Assembly: GCA_963710755.1 (NCBI GenBank)
Contig: CAVQBK010000003.1
Coordinates: forward strand, 1,344,001-1,408,000
Length of the DNA: 64,000 bases
From: an uncultured bacterium
GTDB taxonomy: Bacteria; Oederibacteriota; JAAXVQ01; JAUVAV01
Direction of reading: 5' to 3'
Shown here: positions 1 through 9,791 of the stretch, in pieces
Position numbering within the stretch: the first letter of the stretch is position 1
Layout: each line of letters starts with the position of its first letter
Notes under the pieces: model-generated
What the model saw: only the letters and a program-made list of their open reading frames with translations
Databases searched by the model: none
Told to the model about the DNA's origin: nothing
Made by a program: the position numbers and the translations under genes

Positions 1-336
1 GTGGTCTGTGTTTTACTGACCAAGACCTCCAACTTGAAGGTCTGTAATACCATCTGCAATGCCACCCGTGATTTGCAAACCGAGACTAAAACCTTGGCGG
101 AAAAAGTGGATGTCATGCTGGTGGTGGGCGGCAAGAACAGCGCCAATACCACACAATTGGCCGCTATTTGCCGGGCCATTGGCAAACCGACTTATCATAT
201 TGAAACAGCTCAGGAGATCAGCCGAGAGTGGTTGGCTCCGCATATCAGCATTGGCGTTACTGCCGGGACTTCAACCCCGGACTGGATTATAGACAGCATT
301 CTGGAGCGGTTACGTTCCTGGGGTGCCACCATTTAA
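1..336 (+). CDS. ispH: 4-hydroxy-3-methylbut-2-enyl diphosphate reductase, C-terminal part (5' truncated by window)
   Basis: Motifs NTICNAT, VVGGKNSANT, GVTAGTSTPDW; lies upstream of rpsA. Confidence 0.95.
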   Translation: MVCVLLTKTSNLKVCNTICNATRDLQTETKTLAEKVDVMLVVGGKNSANTTQLAAICRAIGKPTYHIETAQEISREWLAPHISIGVTAGTSTPDWIIDSILERLRSWGATI

Positions 337-337
337 A

Positions 338-432
338 TTCCCTGCAGCAAACCGCAGGGGAATTGAAAAGGCGATGAACCTTATTGTTTTATGTTCCAGT
401 TATTCCGTGGGCTTGACCCGGGGATGAACGGA
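338..432. repeat. REP-like intergenic palindromic element, related to 3270-3337
   Basis: Hairpin AATTCCCTGCAGCAAACCGCAGGGGAATT plus CCCGGGGATGAA; both motifs recur at 3270-3337. Confidence 0.45.
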
Positions 433-472
433 GACGTATTAAATCATGAAGTGTACGATGGAGGCTTTTAGC

Positions 473-2572
473 ATGGAAGACAAAGATAAGAACACCCAAA
501 ACGAGCAAGCACAGCAACAATCGGGAACTGAATCAGGCGCCTCAATAAGTCAAGGCACCCCGTTGAAGGATACCGAAGAAACACCATTATATTTAGCCAA
601 GGAAACCCCTGAACCTATTATGGGCATAGGACCAGGAACCCCTTTGAATGATCCTGAAGAAGACAAACCGGTTGCACCGGAAGCGCCGGTGACCACCCCT
701 GCGCCGGTGCAAACAACGGACCAGCAAGAAGAAGTGACTACCAGCCCGGTATCCGTGCCGGCCAAGGACAACCAGGAAGAACCGGAGATGACTCCGGTGA
801 AACAGTCGGAACCTATTGCCCAGGCCCCGGCTGCGGCTGAACCGCCGCAGGAAGACAGCCATCAGGAAGAAGAAAGTATGGAGGAAACTGATTTTGCGGC
901 CGAGTTGGAACAATCTTTCAACAATCAACCGGAAACAGGTGAAATTGTACAGGGCACGATTATCCGCATTGACGAAGAAAGTGTCATTGTGGATGTGGGC
1001 TATAAATCAGAAGGCATGATTTCCAAAGAAGAATTCCTGAACGCCCAGGGCGAGTTTGTAAACAAAGTGGGCGATGTGGTGGATGTACTGCTGGAAAAAA
1101 AAGAAAACCGTGATGGGTTGCTGGTTCTTTCCAAGCGGAAAGTTGACCGGCGCCTGGGCTGGAACAAAGCCAAAGTGGCCCTGGCCAACGGCAGCAATGT
1201 GGACGGTCTTATCTTTGAACGCTGCAAAGGCGGGTTTATGGTGGATTTAGGCGGGGTCTCGGCCTTTCTGCCCGGCTCACAAGTGGATGTAAAACAAAAC
1301 GGTCAGCCTGAAGCTTACCTGGGTAAGCGCTATGCCTTCAAAGTCATTAAAATGAACCGTCAGCGTGGCAATATCGTGGTGTCACGGCGCAATTTACTTT
1401 TAGAAGAACAGGACAAAAAACGCTCTGAAGTTATGGCTAAATTGGCGCCCGGACGCCTGGTGCATGGGGTGGTTAAAAATATCACCAATTATGGCGCTTT
1501 TGTGGATATCGGCGGGGTGGACGCCTTATTGCACGTCAATGATATGTCCTGGGCCAAGGTTACCAACCCCCGTTCCATTGTGAATGTCGGTGATGAATTG
1601 GAAGTATTGATCCTGTCCATGGACCAGGAAAGCGGACGCATTGCCCTGGGGCTGAAACAAAAAGGCGAGGATCCATGGAAAGAAGTGGAAAAGAAATATC
1701 CTGTGGACAGTATCATTGAAGGCCAGGTGGTGACCCTCACGGACTTCGGGGCCTTTTTAAGAGTTGAAGAAGGACTGGAAGGCCTGTTGCCCATCTCGGA
1801 GATGTCCTGGTCCAAACGCATTCGCCATCCCAAGGATGTGGTTAAAGTAGGGGACAGTGTACGGGTTAAAGTATTGGCTGTTAACGGATCAGCTAAAAAA
1901 ATTACGTTGGGGTTGAAACAAACCGAACCGGAACCTTTTTCGGTTTATACGGATCACGTTAAAATTGGCGATGTGGTCAGCGGGGAAGTGAAATCCCTGC
2001 CTGATTTCGGGGCTTTTGTGGAACTGGCCGAAGGGGTAACAGGCCTGATCCATATCTCCGATTTATCCTGGGACAACCGGATTAAGAAAAGTTCCGAGGT
2101 CTTGAAGTCCGGGGACCAGGTGCAGGTGAAAATTCTCGACATTCAAACGGAAAAAAAGAAAATAGCCCTTGGGTTAAAGCAGCTCGGTGACGATCCTTGG
2201 GATAGCATTGCCCAGAGCTATCCGGTGGGCAAAGCCGTGACCGGCACGGTAGTGCGCAATACCAAATTCGGGGTGTTTGTGCAATTGGAGCCGGGGGTGG
2301 AGGGATTGATCCATATTTCCCAGCTGGAAAAGGAAAAAGGCAAGAGCGAGCCGACCATGCCGGCCGTAGGGGAAGAAATTAAGTCCAAAGTGACCAAGGT
2401 TAACAAAGCTGAGCATAAAATCGGCTTATCGGTCAGGGATTTAATTCAGGATCAGGAAAAGGCGGAGATGGAAAAATACCTGTCGCCCAACAGCAAGCCC
2501 ACATTCAGCCTGGGTGAAAGTCTGGGCGAAAAAATGCAGGAGCTCTTGAAAAAGGTTAACAGCAATCAATAA
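473..2572 (+). CDS. rpsA: 30S ribosomal protein S1 with long acidic Pro/Gln/Glu-rich N-terminal extension
   Basis: Six S1 repeats (VDVGYKSEG, GAFVDIGGVDALLH, FGAFVEL..G.IHIS); GGAGG RBS at 460-464 before ATG 473. Confidence 0.95.
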   Translation: MEDKDKNTQNEQAQQQSGTESGASISQGTPLKDTEETPLYLAKETPEPIMGIGPGTPLNDPEEDKPVAPEAPVTTPAPVQTTDQQEEVTTSPVSVPAKDNQEEPEMTPVKQSEPIAQAPAAAEPPQEDSHQEEESMEETDFAAELEQSFNNQPETGEIVQGTIIRIDEESVIVDVGYKSEGMISKEEFLNAQGEFVNKVGDVVDVLLEKKENRDGLLVLSKRKVDRRLGWNKAKVALANGSNVDGLIFERCKGGFMVDLGGVSAFLPGSQVDVKQNGQPEAYLGKRYAFKVIKMNRQRGNIVVSRRNLLLEEQDKKRSEVMAKLAPGRLVHGVVKNITNYGAFVDIGGVDALLHVNDMSWAKVTNPRSIVNVGDELEVLILSMDQESGRIALGLKQKGEDPWKEVEKKYPVDSIIEGQVVTLTDFGAFLRVEEGLEGLLPISEMSWSKRIRHPKDVVKVGDSVRVKVLAVNGSAKKITLGLKQTEPEPFSVYTDHVKIGDVVSGEVKSLPDFGAFVELAEGVTGLIHISDLSWDNRIKKSSEVLKSGDQVQVKILDIQTEKKKIALGLKQLGDDPWDSIAQSYPVGKAVTGTVVRNTKFGVFVQLEPGVEGLIHISQLEKEKGKSEPTMPAVGEEIKSKVTKVNKAEHKIGLSVRDLIQDQEKAEMEKYLSPNSKPTFSLGESLGEKMQELLKKVNSNQ

Positions 2573-2592
2573 TTATTTATTGGGGGCAAGCC

Positions 2593-3252
2593 ATGTCTAC
2601 GGTGCATGAGATATTCGAACGCTATGGAAAAACCTACCCTGCAGGAGCCCTTATTTTCAAGGAAGGTGATATTGGAGCTGAAATGTATATCATTCAGTCG
2701 GGCCAGATCAAGATCACCAAAAAAACGTCCAACGAGGAAAAGACCCTGGTCATTCTTTCAGAAGGTGACTTTTTCGGAGAAATGGCGGTCATTGACCGCG
2801 AACCGCGCAGTGCCTCGGCTGTGGCCATCACTGAAACCAAGTGCATTGTCCTTAATCAGGAAGTCTTTGAATCCACCATGCAGAGTAACATCCATATTGT
2901 CAAAAAGATCCTGCGCAATATGAGCGCGCGTATTCGCGACGCCAACAAACAAATCGAAAATCTGCTGCTTAAAGATCATAACCGCCGCATCGCCAACACC
3001 CTCACCATGCTGGCGCGCAAGCACGGCAACAACACTGAACGGGGCATTGTTATGGACTTTCCCCTGACAGCCATGGAATTGGCCAATGCCGCCGGTCTGG
3101 CCGGCGATCTGCCCAAGGTACAGGACATCGTTTCCAAATTGGAAAAGGCCAAGGTGATCCGTCTGGAAAACGGTGCTATTGTGATTACTTCCCTGGAAAA
3201 TCTGGAAAAATTTATTCAGTATCTGGAGATGAAGGAAGAATTCGGCGTTTAG
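2593..3252 (+). CDS. Crp/Fnr-family cyclic-nucleotide-binding regulator
   Basis: cNMP-binding motif GDFFGEMAVIDREPRSASA; C-terminal HTH-like region. Confidence 0.85.
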   Translation: MSTVHEIFERYGKTYPAGALIFKEGDIGAEMYIIQSGQIKITKKTSNEEKTLVILSEGDFFGEMAVIDREPRSASAVAITETKCIVLNQEVFESTMQSNIHIVKKILRNMSARIRDANKQIENLLLKDHNRRIANTLTMLARKHGNNTERGIVMDFPLTAMELANAAGLAGDLPKVQDIVSKLEKAKVIRLENGAIVITSLENLEKFIQYLEMKEEFGV

Positions 3253-3269
3253 TACGTTACGGAATTTCC

Positions 3270-3337
3270 CGAGCTCGTCCCGGGGATGAATGGGAAACAA
3301 AAAATAAAATTTTATGCGACAAGCTGCAGGGGAATTA
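3270..3337. repeat. REP-like intergenic element, related to 338-432
   Basis: CCCGGGGATGAA and GCAGGGGAATT shared with 338-432, in swapped order. Confidence 0.4.
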
Positions 3338-3360
3338 AAAAAAACCATTAGGACAACGTT

Positions 3361-4131
3361 ATGAATATAACCGTATTGGGGGCTTCCGGAGGGGAAGCAC
3401 CTGGCATGTCCCTGACTGGGTTTAAAATCGGCTACGACCTTCTGCTCGATGCCGGCACCATCGGTCACCGGCTTTCTCTGGAAGAGCAGCTCGCCATCAA
3501 GCATATCTTGATCACTCACGCCCATCTTGATCACATTCACGCCCTGCCTTTTTTATTGGACAATCTGATCGGACGAGTGAGTGAGCCGGTCAAGGTATAT
3601 AGTTGCCCTGAAATTATTGAAACCATCAAGAGCAGCATCTTTAATAATAAAATCTGGCCTGATTTTACGATGCTGCCCACGCCGGAAAATCCAGTGCTGC
3701 GTTTTTGCCCCATCAGCCCCGGTCAGCCGTTTACCGCGGGTGCCTGCACAGTGGAAGCGGTTGAGGTTAATCATTCCTTTAAAGCCCTGGCTTATCTGGT
3801 GGGAGAAAAAGGCCACACCGTGGTGTTTACCGGTGATACAGGTCCGGTGGACACATTATGGGAACGAGTTCAAACCGTGGAAGGGCTAAAGGCTGTATTC
3901 ATGGAATGCTCTTTTCCGGCGGCGCAGCAAGCCATGGCCACCATGACCAAGCATCTATGCGTTGCCGATATTGTGCCCGAACTTCAAAAAGCCAAACTCG
4001 ATCCCCTTGTGCCGATCTATCTCTATCATTTAAAACCAACCTATGCGGAAGCTATCAGGTCGGAAGCAACTGCCTTGCAGAGTCACCCCATTAGGATGCT
4101 ATCAGCAGGCGAGACCATAGAGCTGGAATAA
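3361..4131 (+). CDS. 3',5'-cyclic nucleotide phosphodiesterase (class II, MBL fold)
   Basis: LLDAGT, THAHLDHI, IFNNKIWPDF, FTGDTGP, ECSFP, YHLKP motifs. Confidence 0.85.
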   Translation: MNITVLGASGGEAPGMSLTGFKIGYDLLLDAGTIGHRLSLEEQLAIKHILITHAHLDHIHALPFLLDNLIGRVSEPVKVYSCPEIIETIKSSIFNNKIWPDFTMLPTPENPVLRFCPISPGQPFTAGACTVEAVEVNHSFKALAYLVGEKGHTVVFTGDTGPVDTLWERVQTVEGLKAVFMECSFPAAQQAMATMTKHLCVADIVPELQKAKLDPLVPIYLYHLKPTYAEAIRSEATALQSHPIRMLSAGETIELE

Positions 4132-4183
4132 GCTCCGTACCCCTTAGGCAGAGGGTTTAACCACCAAATCAAAGGAGGCAACA

Positions 4184-4801
4184 ATGAAAAAAGCGGCAGT
4201 AATGATGATGGTATTAACCATGGCCCTGGCAGTGGCAGGATGTGGGGAAAAACAAGACCCCAATGTCCGCCGGGGCGATTTGTTTTTGCAAAATAAAAAG
4301 TTCGCCGCGGCGATCAAGGCCTATGAAACGGCGGTTAAAAACAATCCGGCGCTCATGCAGGATGATGCATTTAAGATGCATTTCAAGGATGCCTATTACT
4401 TCAAAGGCGGACAGATCGAATTGAGCGCGGACAATGACCCCGATATCCTGGCGGCAGCCTACAAATATTATGTCAAAGGTTTTGACGTCTGGCCCAAGGA
4501 AGTGGGCATGTGCGACAAACTGACCAAGTATTACTGGGAGAACAAGGATTTTGCCACTGCGGCCAAGTATCTGCAGCATATGGTGGAATTGGACGGCAAT
4601 CTGCCTGATACGGACAAAAACAAATGGGGCAATCTCCATAATGACTATTATTCCCTGGGGTATGCGTTGTATCAGAATGGCAATTACACAGAAGCCAAGG
4701 CAGCCTTGGAGCAATGCCTGAAGGCCGTCAAAAAAGGGCCTAAAACCGCTGAGGCGAATAGCGCCCTGGCAGCGGTAAATCAGAAGTTAAAAAAACGTTA
4801 G
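4184..4801 (+). CDS. TPR-repeat lipoprotein
   Basis: Signal peptide with lipobox VAGC; TPR-like helices; GGAGG RBS. Confidence 0.7.
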   Translation: MKKAAVMMMVLTMALAVAGCGEKQDPNVRRGDLFLQNKKFAAAIKAYETAVKNNPALMQDDAFKMHFKDAYYFKGGQIELSADNDPDILAAAYKYYVKGFDVWPKEVGMCDKLTKYYWENKDFATAAKYLQHMVELDGNLPDTDKNKWGNLHNDYYSLGYALYQNGNYTEAKAALEQCLKAVKKGPKTAEANSALAAVNQKLKKR

Positions 4802-4813
4802 GATTAATGGTTC

Positions 4814-6037
4814 TTGATCACCCACGATGAGCACCTTATTTTTACGGTTACAGAAGCAGTGCTTCAGGCCAAGGACCTTCTGGAAGAGACCTTTGCCCGC
4901 GTATGGATTCAGGGCGAAATCTCCAATCTCAAGCGCCATAGCTCCGGTCATTGGTATTTCACCTTAAAGGATGAAGCCAGCCAGCTGCGCTGTGCTATGT
5001 TCCGCGGGGCCAACCGGTTGCTCCGTTTTTCAGTTGAAGACGGCCTGAAGATTAATGCTTTGGGCCGTCTTTCTTTATATCCCGCGCGCGGTGATTTTCA
5101 GATGGTGGTCGACACCATGGAGCCTGCCGGCTTGGGCGCTCTGCAGCTGGCGTTGGAACAACTCAAGCAGCGGTTGGCCAAAGAAGGACTCTTCGACAGT
5201 CAGCGGAAAAAGCCTCTCCCGCGCTTTCCCCGGCGTATTGCCGTGGTCACTTCAGCCACAGGTGCAGCTATTCATGATATTCTTAATGTGATCGGCCGGC
5301 GTTCGCCGCTGACGGCCGTGGATATTTATCCAGTGCCGGTCCAGGGGCCAACCGCAGCGCCGGCCATTGCCCGTGCCTTGACGCGGCTGAATGCCGAGAA
5401 GGCTTGGGACGTCATTATTTGCGGCCGGGGCGGCGGATCGCAGGAAGACTTATGGGCCTTTAATGAAGAGGTGGTAGTGCGGGCTATTGCCGCCTCTGCC
5501 ATCCCGGTGATTTCCGCTGTGGGGCATGAAATTGACTACACTCTGGCTGATTTGACAGCCGATGTTCGTGCTGAAACCCCAACGGCCGCCGCGGAAATGG
5601 TGGTGGCCGACCGCAGGGCCGTGATGGACAATCTCCAGCAGCAGCGTGCCACCCTGAAGTCTATCATGCGTGAGCGTTTAACTCAGGCCCGTTTTCAGTT
5701 GGACCGTTTGGCCCGCGCCAGTGTGCTGCAACAACCGCGGCGGGTGTTGGAACCTTTGGTGCAACGTGTGGATGACTTGGTTCAAGCCCTGCAGCGCCAA
5801 CTGCAGGCCCGGCTGATGCACAACCAACAGCTCCTGCGGTCTTTGGTTGCTCAATTGAACGCGCTCTCGCCCCTGCAGGTCATGGCCAGAGGCTATGCGC
5901 TGGTCTACCGGCAGGCGGACATGATCTTGGTTAAAAACAGCGGGCAACTGCAACCGGGCGATGAACTTTCCATTAAACTGGCCAGTGGGAACATTAGAGC
6001 CAAAACCCTTTCTTTGGACTCGGACCGGGAACCATAA
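4814..6037 (+). CDS. xseA: Exodeoxyribonuclease VII large subunit
   Basis: GEISN, SGHWYFTLKD, GRGGGS.EDL..FNEE, VGHE.D, ETPTAAAE. Confidence 0.95.
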   Translation: MITHDEHLIFTVTEAVLQAKDLLEETFARVWIQGEISNLKRHSSGHWYFTLKDEASQLRCAMFRGANRLLRFSVEDGLKINALGRLSLYPARGDFQMVVDTMEPAGLGALQLALEQLKQRLAKEGLFDSQRKKPLPRFPRRIAVVTSATGAAIHDILNVIGRRSPLTAVDIYPVPVQGPTAAPAIARALTRLNAEKAWDVIICGRGGGSQEDLWAFNEEVVVRAIAASAIPVISAVGHEIDYTLADLTADVRAETPTAAAEMVVADRRAVMDNLQQQRATLKSIMRERLTQARFQLDRLARASVLQQPRRVLEPLVQRVDDLVQALQRQLQARLMHNQQLLRSLVAQLNALSPLQVMARGYALVYRQADMILVKNSGQLQPGDELSIKLASGNIRAKTLSLDSDREP

Positions 6038-6186
6038 AAAACTGGACAGGCCCCCCTGGTTTTGCTACTTTTATAAGCTGATTTCAGCACACCCGGGACG
6101 AGCTCAGAGTCTGTACTCCAGGTTCACCCTTACCCATCCATGGCTTATATGTTTTGGCCCCGGCTATTACTCACAGGAGTTCCTCC

Positions 6187-7743
6187 ATGACCAACAAACA
6201 AGAAAAACCAGTGATGCTTATGATTCTCGATGGCTGGGGCTTGGGTCCCAAGAATGATCATAATGCAGTGCATAAAGCCCACACGCCCAATCTGAACCAC
6301 CTCATGCAGCACTATCCCCATACCGTCATCCACGCGGCCAGCGAGGCGGTGGGCTTGCCGCCTCATACCATGGGCAACTCGGAAGTGGGGCATATCAATA
6401 TCGGGGCCGGCCGGACGGTTTATCAAAGCTTGATGCGCGTTAACGTGGCTATAAAAGACGGGTCTTTTTTCAAAAACGAGGTGTTGCTCAAGGCCATAGC
6501 TCAGGTCAAAGCGCATCAGTCCAACCTTCATTTGATGGGCCTGGTCTCGGAAGGGCCGGTACACAGCCATTTTGATCACTTGCTGGCCTTGCTGAAAATG
6601 GCCAAAGATAACGGCATTACCAAGGTTTTTGTCCATGCCTTTATGGATGGCCGTGATACGCCGCCTGACAGCGGCCAAGGGTTTATGCAACGCCTGGTGG
6701 ACTTTATGCAGCAAGAAGGCGTAGGACAGGTGGCCACCATTGTCGGTCGTTACTGGGCCATGGACCGTGATAAAAATTATGACCGTGTGCAACGCGCCTA
6801 TGAAGCCATGGTGGAAGGCCGGGGCGTGCAAGAACGCGATCCCGTAGAAGCCATTGCCAGGAGTTATGCCCAGGGCCCGGATCATTTTGATGAATTTATC
6901 GAGCCCATGGTGATGGTGGACGAGCAGCAGCACCCGGTAGGGCTGATCAAGGATAATGATGCCGTGATATTCTTCAATTTTCGGCCGGACCGGGCCAAAG
7001 AGATGACCTATGCCTTTACCCAGGAAGCATTTGAAGGTTTTTCGAGAAAAAACCGGCCCAGCACGCTCTTCGTCAAGATGACCCAATATGCCCAAGACTT
7101 GACGGAGAATGTGGTTTTTGGACCCACCCGCCTGGAAAAAACCCTGGGCGAGGTCTTGGCTGATCATGAGCTTCCTCAGCTGCGGATTGCGGAGACGGAA
7201 AAATATGCCCATGTGACCCATTTTTTCAATGGTGCCACTGATGAGATCTTCCCTCTGGAAGAGCGCCAATTAATTCCCTCGCCCAAGGAGGTGGAAGGCA
7301 AGTATGAGCGCAAACCGGAAATGTCGGCCTTCACCATCACCGACACTTTGCTGCCGCTTTTAGCGGAAGACCGGTTTAAAGTGATTGTTCTTAATTTTGC
7401 CAATTGCGATATGGTTGGCCATACGGGCGTTATGGAAGCAGCGGTTAAAGCTATGGAAGCGGTGGATACTAATGTAGGCCGTATCGTCAAGAGCGTGCTC
7501 GACAAAAACGGAACCGTGATCATCACTGCTGACCATGGCAATGCCGAAGAGATGATGAATGATGAAGGCAAAGCCGTGACGCAGCACTCCACCAATGATG
7601 TGCCCTTGATCCTGGTAAGCAATGAGGCCCATGATTGGAAGCTGATGGAAGGATCCTTGGGAGACATCGCGCCTACCATCCTGCATCTGCTGCATATTTC
7701 CAAACCGCCACAAATGACCGGTCACTCCCTGATCGTGGAATGA
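6187..7743 (+). CDS. gpmI: 2,3-bisphosphoglycerate-independent phosphoglycerate mutase
   Basis: ILDGWG, MGNSEVGH, DGRDTPP, GRYWAMDRD, ETEKYAHVT, TADHGNAE; AGGAG RBS before ATG 6187. Confidence 0.97.
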   Translation: MTNKQEKPVMLMILDGWGLGPKNDHNAVHKAHTPNLNHLMQHYPHTVIHAASEAVGLPPHTMGNSEVGHINIGAGRTVYQSLMRVNVAIKDGSFFKNEVLLKAIAQVKAHQSNLHLMGLVSEGPVHSHFDHLLALLKMAKDNGITKVFVHAFMDGRDTPPDSGQGFMQRLVDFMQQEGVGQVATIVGRYWAMDRDKNYDRVQRAYEAMVEGRGVQERDPVEAIARSYAQGPDHFDEFIEPMVMVDEQQHPVGLIKDNDAVIFFNFRPDRAKEMTYAFTQEAFEGFSRKNRPSTLFVKMTQYAQDLTENVVFGPTRLEKTLGEVLADHELPQLRIAETEKYAHVTHFFNGATDEIFPLEERQLIPSPKEVEGKYERKPEMSAFTITDTLLPLLAEDRFKVIVLNFANCDMVGHTGVMEAAVKAMEAVDTNVGRIVKSVLDKNGTVIITADHGNAEEMMNDEGKAVTQHSTNDVPLILVSNEAHDWKLMEGSLGDIAPTILHLLHISKPPQMTGHSLIVE

Positions 7744-7864
7744 GGCTGAGAACAGTCCGGTTTGTGAGCATGGCTGATGCCGGAGAAGGATTGATTAGTC
7801 TTTAAATCTGGGATTTGTCCCAACCCCGGGCTATGGTAAACTATTCAAAAAATGGAGATGCGTC

Positions 7865-8305
7865 ATGCCGCGTAAAAAAACAACCCCTGCCAAGGTCAAT
7901 GTTCCGTCCTCAGACGCGCTGTCTTTTGAAGAGGCCCTCAAGCAGTTGGAGACCATTGTGAGCCAGTTGGAAGGCGGGGAAGCGCCTTTGGATCAAGCCC
8001 TGGCTCTTTATGAACAAGGCGTGCGCCTGTCCCGTTTGTGCCAACAACAGTTGGAGCAGGCCGAGCAGCGGGTGGCTTTGTTGGAGGATGACGGCAAAAA
8101 AATTGTGTCGGTGCCTTTTGAAGAGGATCAGTGGGATGATGATCAGAACGATCTGGATGATGAAGAAGATGAGGATGAATCTGACGACGATGATGATGAT
8201 GAAGAGGATGATTTAGACGACGAGGACGACGAGGAAGAGGACGACGAAGACCAAGACGACGATGAAGATGAGGACGATGATGACGATGACGACTTCCAGG
8301 ATTAG
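7865..8305 (+). CDS. xseB: Exodeoxyribonuclease VII small subunit with poly-Asp/Glu C-terminal tail
   Basis: FEEALKQLETIVSQLE..LDQALALYEQG..L..AEQRV; last ~60 aa nearly all D/E. Confidence 0.9.
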   Translation: MPRKKTTPAKVNVPSSDALSFEEALKQLETIVSQLEGGEAPLDQALALYEQGVRLSRLCQQQLEQAEQRVALLEDDGKKIVSVPFEEDQWDDDQNDLDDEEDEDESDDDDDDEEDDLDDEDDEEEDDEDQDDDEDEDDDDDDDFQD

Positions 8306-8321
8306 AAAAGCCGCTGCTTCG

Positions 8322-9248
8322 GTGCAGTCTTTACCAAAACGCAGCAAGTCCGGCACGTTTAAGCTCATCCCTTACCTGAAAAGGAAGCAAAAAGAAATCG
8401 ATCGCGCCATGGCCAAGGCACTTCCTCATAAGCACGACCTGATCGGAGATCTGTATGAAGCCATGCGTCACAGTATGTTTTCCGGAGGCAAACGCCTGCG
8501 GCCGGTGCTGATCCTGGCAGCTGCCGAAGCCTGCGGTAAGCCCAGCGACGGCCTTATGAACGCGGCCCTGGCTATGGAATGCATTCATACTTATTCCCTT
8601 ATTCACGATGATTTACCAGCCATGGACAATGATGATTTACGCCGCGGCCAGCCTACCTGCCATGTGGCTTTTGATGAACCCACGGCCATTCTGGCGGGAG
8701 ACGGGCTGTTAACCTATGCCTTTGAACTGATGGCCATGATCAGGACCAGTAGTTCGCGGGGCCAACGCCGTCTGCTGGAGGCTATTCATCTCCTGGCCCA
8801 TGCGGCAGGCATGAACGGCATGGTGGGCGGCCAGATGGCGGATTTGGTCTGCGAGAAACAAGTCATTGATTTACCTACACTGGAATATATTCATACCCAT
8901 AAAACCGGTCATTTAATCTCGGCTGCTTGTCGTATGGGCGCACTGCTTGGCGGGGCCAGGGACAGTCAAGTCAAAGCTTTGACGGTTTATGGGGAAGCGC
9001 TGGGATTGGCTTTCCAAATTGCCGATGATATTTTAAATGTGGTGGGCGATCAAGCCCGGCTGGGCAAGCAGACCGGCACAGACCAAGCCAGGGGCAAGGC
9101 CACCTATCCCGCCCTGCTGGGCCTGGAGGCTTCCCAAGAACACGCCCGGGCGCTGATGCTTAGAGCCCTGACCGCCCTGAAACCACTGGGCCCGGAAGCC
9201 GAACCGTTACGGGCCTTGGCCCATTATGTGATTGAGCGAGAGGTGTAA
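8322..9248 (+). CDS. ispA: Farnesyl/geranyl diphosphate synthase (start uncertain)
   Basis: GGKRLRP, SLIHDDLPAMDNDDLRRG, GGQ..D, KTG, FQI.DD. Confidence 0.93.
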   Translation: MQSLPKRSKSGTFKLIPYLKRKQKEIDRAMAKALPHKHDLIGDLYEAMRHSMFSGGKRLRPVLILAAAEACGKPSDGLMNAALAMECIHTYSLIHDDLPAMDNDDLRRGQPTCHVAFDEPTAILAGDGLLTYAFELMAMIRTSSSRGQRRLLEAIHLLAHAAGMNGMVGGQMADLVCEKQVIDLPTLEYIHTHKTGHLISAACRMGALLGGARDSQVKALTVYGEALGLAFQIADDILNVVGDQARLGKQTGTDQARGKATYPALLGLEASQEHARALMLRALTALKPLGPEAEPLRALAHYVIEREV

Positions 9249-9250
9249 AA

Positions 9251-9736
9251 GTGGATCCCTATTTAGCTGTTGGCAAACGATTCTTTCATGGATTGGGTAT
9301 TGTGCTGACCCATCGCATCTTCTGGTCCTGCTTTACCAGCTGGTTTGCAGCCTCTTTCATCAAGGTTATTCTGCATTTCGTCAAGCAGAAAAAATTTGAC
9401 TTCTTGCTGTTGGTAGACACAGGACGTATGCCCAGTTCCCACTCCGCTTTTGTGGCGGCCTTGGCCACCACCATCGGCATGGAGGCCGGCTGGGCCTCTC
9501 CCACCTTTATGGTGGCCTTGGGGGTGGCGATCCTGACCATGAACGATGCGGCCGGGGTGCGCCGGGCGGCCGGCCATCAAGCGGCCATTTTGAATAAAAT
9601 GATGGATGATATTTATCAAAAACATGAATTTAAACCGGAACGATTAAAGGAATTTCTGGGTCATACCAGATTAGAAGTGTTGGCAGGCATGTGTGTGGGC
9701 ATTATTTGCGCCCTCTTGTTTTATGTAGGTCGTTAA
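9251..9736 (+). CDS. Divergent PAP2 / DUF212 membrane protein
   Basis: GRMPSSHSA, DAAGVRRAAG.QA, LKEFLGHT; usual position between ispA and dxs. Confidence 0.9.
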   Translation: MDPYLAVGKRFFHGLGIVLTHRIFWSCFTSWFAASFIKVILHFVKQKKFDFLLLVDTGRMPSSHSAFVAALATTIGMEAGWASPTFMVALGVAILTMNDAAGVRRAAGHQAAILNKMMDDIYQKHEFKPERLKEFLGHTRLEVLAGMCVGIICALLFYVGR

Positions 9737-9791
9737 ACACGGCCCGGCAATAATGGTGGATGAAAATATTATGGAGTAAGGAAGTAGCTTC

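Noticed and set aside
6145-7269. Long antisense ORFs (374 aa here; also 2758-3540, 15662-16336, 46833-47555)
   Set aside because: Shadows of well-supported plus-strand genes with no recognisable motifs
8120-8300. GAT/GAC trinucleotide microsatellite
   Set aside because: Mixed codons in frame with xseB; explained as an acidic protein tail
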